64,000 nucleotides of DNA, from the NCBI RefSeq assembly GCF_001194135.2, contig NC_068987.1, forward strand, positions 13,537,454-13,601,453, written 5' to 3'. This stretch comes from Octopus bimaculoides. Its lineage: Eukaryota. Within the stretch, counting starts at the first letter, position 1. Every line of letters starts with the position of its first letter. Below are positions 52,092 to 64,000 of this stretch, in pieces. A program made the translations under genes and the position numbers. The notes beneath the pieces were generated by a model. That model made no database searches. It worked only from the letters and a program-made list of their open reading frames with translations, and was not told the origin of the DNA.

Positions 52092-53041
52092 AAAGCATTT
52101 AAAATCTCAAAACACTCTGAAGTACAAATCAATGAATTGCCTGTAATCTTCTCTTAACCCTTTTCTAAGCAGCTATTTATGCATAATACAAATCAACAGA
52201 ATAATAAACCTTAATGCAACATGAAATAGTTGTGCATGTGTCTATTTTGTGTTAGATAGATCCTAACAGTGTGTGTAATGCACACACATATAGTTATACC
52301 TAGCAAGAAATATTATTTTTATTTAATTTTCTATTGCTAATTAATATCTTGTGTATAACTTCAGTTAAATCATTATCTCACTAAACCCTAATTTTACATT
52401 CATTTATTATGCGAAAGTTAACCATTCCCTACAAGATGAAGAAATACAGTTTAATAAACATACATTGTTATTTTCTACGTAATGACAATATAATGCAATT
52501 AATCACAATAATTGTCTTGGACTTAATAATATTATTTAGACACAGAATAGCTTTAACAAGTGACAGTTGTAGTTCAGTGCCATTTTGCTCTTAGTGGAGG
52601 TTGAGTAATAATATCATTTCTAATAGTCTAGAAGTTGTTCTTAATTCTTTCTGATAATGGCAGCCAAATTGTTCAAATTTGCATGAAAACATGAGAACTA
52701 ATTCAGTGTCATTTTCAAATGCATTGCTTTTGCTATGATTTAAACATCACTATTAGTGATGATAATAATATCATCCTACTTCAAGTCTCTGGATATACTT
52801 CAATCCTTTATTTCATCTAGTATTTTGTTTGTTTTGAGCCAACCCAAGGTTAAATATACAAGATAATGCGTCTATGGAGGAGACTTATTAACTGCTGCTT
52901 GGTAACCGATAAATTCTAGAATCATGTTGATGAATGAATTCACCTATGCAGCTTTTCCTTCTATATCATTAAGGAAAACAGTAATTACCAAATAAATAAC
53001 TACTAAATTCCAAGAATAGCCAACTCAAATCCAATGGTTAC

Positions 53042-53123
53042 TGATTATGATCATATGGAAACGATCATAAGTAATTATGATCATACGGAAATGATCATAA
53101 GTGATTATGATCATATGGAAATG
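53042..53123. repeat. 30-bp minisatellite (about 2.7 units), each unit an 8-bp-stem hairpin
   Basis: Unit gattatgatcatatggaaa(c/t)gatcataagt; ttatgatc and gatcataa are reverse complements. Confidence 0.9.
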
Positions 53124-53329
53124 CATATTTCACAATATCAATTGTTCTCAGTAACCAGATGTGTTGTGTAGGCAACTGATGTTGAATGGGGGCAAAACCC
53201 AGTGTTAAAGACAAAAGGATACTGCAGTGGACAGCAGTTTTATATTAAATATCTTATAGGCACCAAGTAGTTTGCTGATAGAATACAGAAGTATCATTGT
53301 ACAGGAACTCCTCATGATAGCAATAGCTC

Positions 53330-53580
53330 AAGGAGTTGGAGACTGGTGCAGGCAACCTCATAGTTAAGGAAAAGCATCTGTAGTGAAAGATGTCAATGAG
53401 AAAATAAACCTATTACATGAAGAGGGATGAAGGTGTGTCGCGCAGGAGCTAAAGAGGTAGTGAGTCCGATTGGGCAACTGCTGGTCCTCCATAAACAACC
53501 TTGCCAAGACTTGTACCTCGGAGAGGAATCTTTTAGGTATGACCCCATAGTAATTCATAACTGAAGGGGGTCTTTGCTGC
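53330..53580 (+). mobile_element. Interspersed repeat, probable SINE/RTE-related 3' end
   Basis: GC-richer block ending gggcaactgctggtcctccataaacaaccttgcc...gaagggggtc, which I recognise as a common cephalopod repeat. Single copy in this window. Confidence 0.45.
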
Positions 53581-54855
53581 CCGCCTTTTTATTTTTACAT
53601 GAAAAGGGGATATTAAAACCAAAGTTTGCTGTTTATAGCAGGTTCAAAGGTTCTCTCAGATATAGTCAAGATTCCAATGAAAGGTGGCACAATATCAAAA
53701 GTCATCACTTACATTTTAATGATTATAATAATTATTAAGCAGGTAACAAGTTAGAATAATTTACCTGGTTTCAAGTCAAACAGTAGCTCAATGAATAAAA
53801 TTCATTAAGCCAACTATATTACAGGGAAAGGCAGTAACTGAATTCAAAATGGGAACTTTCAAAGAATTGCCCTACTTAACACCACCAAATGTATTTTCTG
53901 TACTTTTTAAATTTCCTTACATTTTTATATCAAGAGTTAAATAAAAGTCTCCATGGAATTTTTGAAATTCTGTACGAAAGAATTGAAACAGTGCTTAAAG
54001 TAAAGCCTTTTCTCATCCTTTTTTTTTTTTTTTTCAATATGTAATTAAATAGATAACGAAGAAATGTTTAAAGGGAAAGCATCAGAACTTGCATTCAAAT
54101 AAATGTTTATGTACAAGCATCTAGTTGTAGTCATATGTGTCTAATACAAATCGGATTCTGATTTATATCTGTCACATATGTATTAGTGTATATATGTGTG
54201 TGATTGTGTGTTTGAATTTTAATTGCATTTTATATGGCAAACTTAAAAAGTAATTCAGCTATATAGAATAGGACTACTTTTTTTTTTAAAGAAAAGGTGA
54301 GGGAAGGGACAAATAACTATCTGAACAATGAAAGAGGGTGTGATAAAAGTGAACATAAAACAAACAAAAAAATCTAATAAATATACTTGGTAGCAGCAAC
54401 TTTTTGAGAAATACTACATATAAATAATTTATCAGGTAGGACATAAAAAGATTTTTTTTTTTTTTTTTTTTTTTGAAATTCAGTAATAAAACAACAAAAT
54501 AAAAATTTGACATTCAATATACAATGACAATAACATGGTGAGAGAAAAAAAATCAACAAGTGCTGCTGCAAGGAAAATTGCGGTACATTGTTTTAATTTA
54601 CATCAATGTGCACAGATGCACATGTGACAACATTTTACAAACAAATGTAGAAAATAGCAAAAAAAAAAAAAGAAATAATACATAAAACTGATTTCAATAA
54701 TAGAAAGAAAGTAATACATAAAATTTGACACAAGGTAGAGAGAAATTTTATTATCATTTTGGTAGTGGGCTTTTCATCAATTCTATGTTCACTTTATTTA
54801 TGCCATTCAAGTTGATTTTGAAATAAGCAAATACATATACAAATATACATTTCAA

Positions 54856-54914
<59 letters not shown>

Positions 54915-56259
54915 CTTAAAATATATGTATATTATTTTACATTTTCTCTTCAACTTCCTTTATATGTATATTATTTCACATTTTCTCTTCAACTTCCTTA
55001 TATATATACACACATGCAGATACATTTACATGTGTACAGATGTGTGTGCATGTGTGGGAGTTGAAGAAGAGAAAAATGCAAAATAATTTCAAATTGAATG
55101 CTGTCTCAGATATCTATTGACATAATACAATGGTGGACAAATGGGAAGAGAAGAAAGAAAGCAAACAAAAAAAGAAGCATATGATATGCCAGGTAGACCA
55201 TTAGATAAATGTGGCACAAACAGGATGCACATTCTACAAAATAGTCCTTTTGAAGGAACAGAATCAAGGAAATTCAAAGTTTAGTTATGCAATCTAATCA
55301 AATGCTAAAAGAAAATGGCACCACTCTCAGGATAAAACAAATGAATAACAAATGGAGGTGGGGGTTTGGATGAGGTGGGAGCTAAGCTTCGTTGCACATC
55401 CTTCCCTTTAAGCTACATATTCGGAAGAAATATTTCTCCCAGTGTTAACCAAAAAGCAGAATCAAAAAGAAGATTTTTCTCTACACAGGTGTTCAGAATC
55501 TGAATGTATTTTACACTACTAACTATAATAGCCATCAATAGATGTAAGAAACAGTATTGCTAATGTACTTGTGTGTGTATTTCAAATGGTTTATTTTTCC
55601 ATAATCTGTGCTTCAATCAATATGCAACAGGAAAAACAAAGTCAACAATAGAAATTTCTTAATACCTACAATATTTGCTCAAAAAAAAAAAAAAAAAAAA
55701 AAAAGTGGTAGTGGGGCAAAATTTGGATAGAAAATGAGAAAAAAAATTATTTGCATTTTACTTTCTTTGATAAGAATTTGAAGTTTCTAACTTCAGTGGT
55801 TATGAGATACTACAAGAGGTGAGACACTCTGGCAAAACAATAGCAACAATCATTTTAGCGGATAAGGAAAGGCCAATGTACTGAATTCTTCAATCTAATA
55901 AATTCTTAATTAAATTTCCCTGCGGAGAAAGAGAACATACCTAGCCTAACCTAGTGGCAACTTTGCAATTCTTGAAGAAAAGTGGGGAAATCCTTGCAAG
56001 AAATTACAAGTTAATTTCTATAAGTTAATTCACTTGCATATTGCTGGGTTATACAGTATACTTTTACACTACATATAGATGTGGCATATAAGCGAAATAT
56101 ATAAATGGCTTGATACAGATGAAAAAAGAAAGAATAATAAGGAACAGATGGTTTTATAGGTTCAGGCAGCTGAGAAGATTATGAAAAGGTTAAAAATATT
56201 TCCATAGATAATGCTATATCAAGTTACACTATACAAACTATATCTTCCATGCTACATCA

Positions 56260-56296
<37 letters not shown>

Positions 56297-57847
56297 TCTC
56301 TCTCTCTCTCACACACTCTTTTATATTTGATCAGAGCAAGAAGTTTCTGACATACATTGCCTTTATAGTTTCTATTCATATTATAGGATTATTTGAATAT
56401 GGTAAAGTTGATTTAATTTTTTTGTTATATATCTATCTCATTTATACATCATAGTTCGAAAATTTTTATAAGCCTAAAATTAAATAAATATATCAAATAA
56501 ACCAAAATTTTCAATGGCAATAACATTGTAACCGTGTGCACATGACAAAGAGAGGGGGAGCACTAGAACAGAAATATCAGACAGAGGAAGAGAAAAAAAA
56601 CATGGAAGAACTGTTTCTACTTTTATTGCAACCAAGAACACAACAAACAATATTTTTAAAGAATAGTTTACCAAAGAATTTAATATTCAGGAAATACAAT
56701 AAGTATCCTTACTTATTACAAATGATTGATGCTTAGCAGCTTTGAGTTTGACACCAAGGGAAAAGGAAGGAAGGAAAGAAGGAAGGAGGGAATATTTTTC
56801 TGCTGGTTAAAGAAAGAACTATTTTGTAGATTTATCTTCCATCCATAATTGTAGATATGCAACACTATAAATCAGAGCTGAGTTGTCAGTGAGTTGCAGC
56901 TACGACCAAGTTTCAACTCTCAGCTAGAACCATTTTCACTTGTTGACTTCAAATATTCACTTTCCCCGCCCCCAAAAAAAACTTTGCTGCCTACATGCAC
57001 GCACATACATGTGTGTGTGCATGCATGCATGCATGCATGTGCATATAACAAAATTTGGCGAGGATTAAGCTTTTTCTGGTTGAAGTAAATAGCCACAAAA
57101 GGATGCTTCAAGTCTGTATTTGAAGAGAAGTAAACAAATGTTTCAGAGGAAGAGAAAAACCAAACTTACAGAATGGAAAAATAACAGACTTTGTAGCTAT
57201 TATTGAAAATGATTCCAAAGGAGCCAATATTCTTTAAATTTAAAATTCAGCCCAAAAAAAAAAAAAAAAAAAAAAAANNNNNNNNNNNNNNNNNNNNNNN
57301 NNNNNNNNNNNNNNNNNNNNNNNNNNNNNNNNNNNNNNNNNNNNNNNNNNNNNNNNNNNNNNNNNNNNNNNNNNNNNNNNNNNNNNNNNNNNNNNNNNNN
57401 NNNNNNNNNNNNNNNNNNNNNNNNNNNNNNNNNNNNNNNNNNNNNNNNNNNNNNNNNNNNNNNNNNNNNNNNNNNNNNNNNNNNNNNNNNNNNNNNNNNN
57501 NNNNNNNNNNNNNNNNNNNNNNNNNNNNNNNNNNNNNNNNNNNNNNNNNNNNNNNNNNNNNNNNNNNNNNNNNNNNNNNNNNNNNNNNNNNNNNNNNNNN
57601 NNNNNNNNNNNNNNNNNNNNNNNNNNNNNNNNNNNNNNNNNNNNNNNNNNNNNNNNNNNNNNNNNNNNNNNNNNNNNNNNNNNNNNNNNNNNNNNNNNNN
57701 NNNNNNNNNNNNNNNNNNNNNNNNNNNNNNNNNNNNNNNNNNNNNNNNNNNNNNNNNNNNNNNNNNNNNNNNNNNNNNNNNNNNNNNNNNNNNNNNNNNN
57801 NNNNNNNNNNNNNNNNNNNNNNNNNNNNNNNNNNNNNNNNNNNNNGG

Positions 57848-57972
57848 CCTACATGCTGAAGGGATCATGATTCACAGTGTCTATGATCAAAACACCTCAA
57901 TAGCTCAGTTCACTGAGCTGTAAACAGATACCATGTTGGCACTGCATTGTTGAAGGCATTTCAGCTGTGATT

Positions 57973-58015
<43 letters not shown>

Positions 58016-58240
58016 TTTCAGACATAATGTATCTAGGACAATATTATTCAAAGTGTATTCCTTTTTTTAATATGGCATGATATGATCTCATGGATATTTA
58101 GTTGCTATTTCTAGCAAACTGAGCAATCACATAGAGACTCCCTCATTGGCTCATACAATGCTACATTGCTGTTTAGCACCAGGTCAAATCTGATTGAGCA
58201 CACTAATGATCACAAGGCTATACATTTAAGGGGAGCTTCA
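57848..58240. repeat. Further interspersed repeat family (…ttttttcagacataatgt…; …gctatttctagc…), related pieces at 58490-58580 and 60430-60630
   Basis: Shared blocks ttttttcagacataatgt (58014, 60613) and gctatttctagc (58103, 58529). Confidence 0.6.
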
Positions 58241-58764
58241 TCATAATCATCATTATTACTATTTAATATCCACTTTCCAGACTGGTATGGGCTGGATGGT
58301 TTGAAAGAAACAGCACCATGCTCTTATGTTTGCTTTGGCATATTTTCTATAGTTGGATGGCCTTCATTAATGGCAGGGTGTACTAGGTGCTTTTAGCATA
58401 GTATCAGCACCACCAAAATCACCAGGGGGTGGCTTTATGCCAGGTGATCAGGGGATTTGTGCTACAAAATTCAATGTGTCCTACATTTTTTTTACAATGC
58501 TAAGTGTGATTTGAAGAAAATTTGGCTGCTATTTCTAGCTGACTGAGGGATTATAAAGAGACCCCTCATAAGCTTCTGCAGTGTTAACTTAAAATAGCAA
58601 ATAGATGCCAACCAACATTCTGAGAATATATACTCAAATTGCCAATTTTCTAAACAAAATTTCCTCACAAACCATATAATTTCACTGTTTCAAGTTGGCA
58701 AAGCAAATATATAACTATTTTACTTATAAAGCTAGAAGTGCTCTGTTTATAGCATATATTTATG

Positions 58765-58800
<36 letters not shown>

Positions 58801-59114
58801 CTTACACTTCTCTTTTCTTTTCTTTTTTTTTTAAAAAAAAAAGCCAATTTAGGAATGTTAATAACTAGTATTTCATATGAAGTAAAGCTAAATAGATTTG
58901 TAGATGTATTAATAACAATGAATGTGAGAGAATAGAGTACAAGAGAAGCCTTCCTGTTTATTTGTTTCACCATCACAAAAATATAAAAGAGATTGAAATA
59001 AATAAACACATTTTCAAAGAGCTATTTTAAAATGTATCAACATTTTAGAGACATGCCACTTGTCAACAATCTTGTGTGTATATGTGCATGCACACATGCT
59101 GTCTTGGGTGTATA

Positions 59115-59179
<65 letters not shown>

Positions 59180-59645
59180 GCCATAGATTGTTCATCCTCT
59201 CCTATATAAATTCTATAAATCTAGCACTTTTCCAGCAGAAATTATATCATGCTAGTGTCCAAACGGTGCTTGTACAACTCAATAAATCTGAGGATTAAAT
59301 TACACTCACACATATTTCCATGTACACAGGATTTGATAATAGACCTAAGATATTAAATTATGCCTTATAATGGAATTCATTTAGGACTGACAAATGAGCC
59401 CTGATCAATTCACTATTTCATAAATGTCTCTGCAACAAATCAATCTGTTCAGGGATGTTGTTATTATGCTTTAGTGTTTCATTAAGTTCACTGAAATTAG
59501 CCCAGGACAAAATGAGAAGAGCAACTTTAGAAATTCCACCAATAATGGTCTTTGCTGATGTTTAGAATAGCTTACTGGTCTGTGGGTAAGTGTAAGCTCA
59601 AAGCTCTTTCAAACACCAAAAATGAAAGCAGTTCATATACTTAAT

Positions 59646-60013
59646 ATCTTTTACTTGTTTCAGTCATTTGACTGTGACCATGCTGGGGCACCACCTTGAA
59701 TGGTTTTCAGTCGAACAAATTGACCGGAAAACTTTTCTTTTAAAGCCTAGTACTTATTCTAAAGGTCTCTTTTTGCCAAACCACTAAGATACAGGGACAT
59801 AAACACACCAGCTGTCAAGCAGTGGGTGGGGGGAACAAATACATACGTACGACAGGCTTCTTTCAGTTTCTGTCTACCAAATCTACTCACAAGGTTTTGT
59901 TTGCCCGAGGCTATAGTAGAAGACACTTGCCCGAGGTACCATGCAGTGGGACTGAACCTGGAACCATGAGGTTGAGAAGCAAGCTTCTTACCACACAGCT
60001 ATGCCTGTGCCTA
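59646..60013 (-). mobile_element. SINE family A, near full length, inside one copy of a local duplication
   Basis: cttttacttgtttcagtcatttgactg...ggactgaacctggaaccatg...cttcttaccacacagctatgcctgtgcc. Confidence 0.85.
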
Positions 60014-61963
60014 TACGTACAAATATTCAACAAAATATATCAGTCATTGCTTTGGACACCAACTAACAATCATTTTACAATCTATCTCCTTCCTACAATC
60101 CCTAGTAGTAGCCTTAAACTCATTCAGATACAATGGTTTAATGTTTTAAATATCAACAATGTATTTGTTAGAGTGTGCCATAAAATGAACCAAGGCACTA
60201 AAATGACTGGCATTAGGAAAAGCATCTAACCAAAGAGATCATGCCAAAATGTAGTATACAAATGTGACATCGGGTTCAACACATCTAGGAAGATAAACAC
60301 TCTAAATAAGTATTAGCTCAGACTGTAGCAAGCCATCCACGTTTTGCAAGCCATGGAGAAGCAGATGTAACATTGTAACAACAACACTAACAATGATGAT
60401 GAAGATGAATGTACCTACAACCACTACTTTTTAAAGATGCTAGAATATGAAAGATAACTGACTTCTACTTCTAGGATGTCAAGCATGTGACAGCTTAAAG
60501 GTTCTCTCATTAGATTGTACGGTACTAAGTTGTTCTTTTTGTTCAACTCGACGTCAGCTTTGATCAAGCAGATTATTATGATAAAACAGGTTCCAGCCAT
60601 GATTATCCACCTTTTTTTCAGACATAATGTTTGAATAGCAAAATGAGACGTGTGACTTTAGAAATGTACACCCAATAATGCCTTTGTTGCTGTTTAGAAT
60701 GACTTACTGGTTTGTTGGTTAGTGTAAATCAAAGCTCTTTGAAACACCAAAAATGAAAGCAGCACATAATATTCAATATACTTACACAGATTAAATGAAG
60801 TGTATTAGTCACAACTATAAAAACCAAATAATAACCATTTCACTATCTACCATTTTCCTACAATTCCTAGTAGTAACTTTTAACTCATTCAGATACAAAT
60901 CATCATGGTTATCATCATTCAATGTCAACTTCTACATGCTTCCATGGGTCAGGTGGAGTTTATTGAGGTAGATTTTCTACCTCAATAAATTTTCTACCAA
61001 TTGGATGCCCTTCCAGTTGCCAACTCTCACCTGTTTCCAAGTAAAGTAATATTTTTCAAGAGTTAGACATGTATTTCATGGAATACTGGAGATGAACAAC
61101 CATCCTTGTATGATGACTATGATTTACAACCATCACATAATGTGTAGATAAGAGTACACACAAACAACACACATGCACACCCACACAAAATAGGCTTCTT
61201 TTAGGTTCGGTCAACTAAAGCCACTCACAAGCCAGGTGACTATAGTAGAAGACACTTGTCCAAAGCACTGCACAGTGGGAATGAATACAAGACCACATGG
61301 TTGGCAAATAATTTTCTTAACCACACAGCCACATCTGCACCAAACATTAATGATATATCTATTAGAGTGGAAAAGTCATAAAATGGCTTATTTGGAAAAG
61401 TCATCAAATTGGCAAATTCCTGGGTACTAAGTCTGGATAATATTTATTTTCATGGGATTGTACTGCTAGTATTTCAACTGGGACAAAATATAATATACAA
61501 TTTTTTTTTTACCCTGTATGTAGAATATAGCTGAATCAAACCTAATATCTTTATATCTGTATATTTAAGCAATAGATTAAGATTATATTTACTAAAAGAA
61601 GTCTGACTGAGTATAGTGATATTTTCTATACAAAACAATAAAAAAAATGCATGAAAATTATAAAGAAGAGAAGAAGAAAAACAAAACAAAACATCAAAAA
61701 GCTGAAGAGGAATAATAAACATATGGTGAGATGTGATGATAAGAACTGCAATAATAAATGTTGCAGGTCAATAGTAAGCAGTGCAGAGGTAGACCAAAGA
61801 AAGAAAAAGAAGAAAAAGAAAAAAAAAACTGGAATAAACTAGTTTGAGTAGATGTAAAAAGGATAAGACTTTAAAAGGAAATGTCACAGCCAGAAATAAA
61901 CATTGAATGGAGAGATCAGAGAGACTAGGCTAACCTATACCTGAAGAGAAAGATTAATATCAA

Positions 61964-61994
<31 letters not shown>

Positions 61995-64000
61995 GTGATT
62001 AATATGCCTCCCCACTTCATTCTCCACTAGAATTTAGACTTTTCCCTTTGAACTTCAATGTATCATACCCAAAATACATGAAAACAGAATGCTCAATTTA
62101 GGGGTGGGTAAAGAAGACCTGAGCAAACTACTAAAAATATTATTTTAAACCAATAAGGAAAGCACTAAGAAAGAATTTCAGAGGCATTAATGAACTCAGG
62201 GGAGGGGAGGAAGCATANNNNNNNNNNNNNNNNNNNNNNNNNNNNNNNNNNNNNNNNNNNNNNNNNNNNNNNNNNNNNNNNNNNNNNNNNNNNNNNNNNN
62301 NNNNNNNNNNNNNNNNNNNNNNNNNNNNNNNNNNNNNNNNNNNNNNNNNNNNNNNNNNNNNNNNAGGGAGAGAGAGGGGGGAGAGAGGGGGGGGAGAGAG
62401 AGGAATTTGTTAGCATTTTACATCTGTTTTTCCAAGCCAGTATGGGTGGGTGGAGTTCTTTGAGGCAGTGTTCTACAGCCAAACAAGAGATTCACAAGAG
62501 AGTGCAGAGGGTCTTCAAATATACGAAGATATGTCTTTTAGATATTTTCTTTATGTTTAATACTTAACAATGGATGGATTCTATGGAAACATCAAATCAA
62601 AGACACCCAAGTAGTCAACACACAAACATTTTAGTATGATTCCGTGCCTATCCCACCACACACAAACACACACTTTGTGTATGTTTAGATACAGTTATGT
62701 CTGGTGTGCATATATGCAACATTTTCAAAGAGGTAATCTGGCAACAGATTGAGAAAGATTAGTTTTACAGATTCACCAGACAAACCACCACTTAAGTGAT
62801 GCCTTACGCAGCATTTTAATTTCACCAATGTGTAAAAAGAAAAATCACAGTAAAAACCACTAAGGTTGTAAACCATTAAATTGGTGTCATAACATTAAAA
62901 TTAACAAAATAGAACACCTAATTTAATTAGTAAAATTATCAGCATTGCACAATAAATTCAGAATCTAATTAGGATTTTTCAAAGAAAAACATTTTTCTAG
63001 TGTTATTAAACAAAACAAAATACGCGCTCAATTTTTCCATAAGGAATTCAGGCGTTCATTTTCAACATGGAAATGAAATTGAATTTTTCCCAAAAGCAAA
63101 GAGTAATAAAATAGAACTGAATTTGTACCTTCTCTGCTCTCAATAAAATCTAAAAAAAAGAGAAGTTTTTAATTATTTTGACTTAAAGAGCATGTCCCCA
63201 TCAAACTTTTATGATTATTCATTTAACCCTTTTAAAAATATATTCTACTGAAATATACTGTTTATATGCTTTAATTAATTTCAAAAATTATCAAGAATTT
63301 GGAGGGATTTAGTAAAATAAGTTAGCGTTTGAACATAATTTAGAAGGATTTCTAACATAAATAATTATGATAGAAGGCTAATTATATAAATATGAATAAT
63401 TTACAACAGGCAATCTTGGAAGATCATTTCAGGTGCACAGAAATTGGAGGTGGAGTAGGGTGGAGGTCAGGCACTCGAAAGTGGTAGTCACTTTTTACCA
63501 TGGGGTCTGATAGGCCAGAGCTAAACTGTGCTGATCCACAATAACAATATCTACACACAAGCAGAAGAAATCACTACATGGTTGCTAAGCATTCTGGAAA
63601 CAGCAACCAAATCTTTCCTCATATCACACCATTTTATTATTTTTTCTTTATTTATCTATGCATTTTTATAAAGGACATTTTAAATAACAGAGTCCAAGAT
63701 ACACTACACCTGAGCTAAGACAAAAGGTAAGTCATCACAGCTGAAATGCCTTTAATCACATAGGTTTGTCCTATTAAAACTGACAATAACATCAAAATCA
63801 CTCAGTTATGCACAGACAGTGCTGAACGTATTTATAGGGTAAAGTAAATACCATATGTTTTCAAAGACAGTATGTAATGCTTATAAATAGTAAAGAAAAT
63901 GTAACAGAAATAGATACGAGCAGTGCAAAAGTATACCACATACCCCAGGTGACCAGACATATTAAAATAAAAAGTAATAAACATATAAAAACAGAGAGCG

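Noticed and set aside
57170-57196. 27-nt candidate exon LQSLLFFHS with a perfect gtaagt donor
   Set aside because: The acceptor is modest, the peptide does not resemble liprin, and such matches are expected by chance. It is not the missing VRERLRVALER exon.
3020-62567. Long ORFs in the track containing X runs or HT/VC/ER/SIYL/YI repeats
   Set aside because: They are artefacts of N gaps and microsatellites, not proteins.
51550-64000. Search for the next upstream liprin-alpha exon (VRERLRVALER...-like)
   Set aside because: No matching frame with splice sites was found; it is probably outside the window or inside an N gap.

Overview
Eukaryotic, AT-rich, microsatellite- and SINE-dense genomic DNA with several assembly gaps (N runs at 3137-4045, 12753-12893, 21299-21852, 49902-50390, 57278-57845, 62218-62364, plus two 10-N gaps). 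The repeat families look like those of octopus/coleoid cephalopod genomes (inference from recognising the repeats; not searched). The whole window lies inside one large minus-strand gene, liprin-alpha (PPFIA/SYD-2 family, presynaptic active-zone scaffold). I traced five consecutive GT-AG, phase-0 exons of its N-terminal coiled-coil region (51404-51276, 31751-31530, 19560-19414, 16419-16285, 6998-6915; 717 nt, 239 aa, one open frame). The 51.3-kb exon is absent from the supplied ORF track. Start and stop lie outside the window. The introns carry at least four tRNA-type/SINE families, CR1/L2-like LINE relics, a decayed Ty3/Gypsy gag-PR-RT-RH relic, a hAT MITE with a perfect 8-bp TSD, a DINE-1/HINE-like Helentron derivative, a 280-bp fold-back element and Penelope-like fragments. 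I found no clearly novel multi-gene system. The best leads are hypotheses about liprin-alpha RNA processing: a possible internal first exon, zero-length AG|GT recursive-splice candidates, a poison/micro-exon candidate, and dsRNA-forming repeats next to exons.
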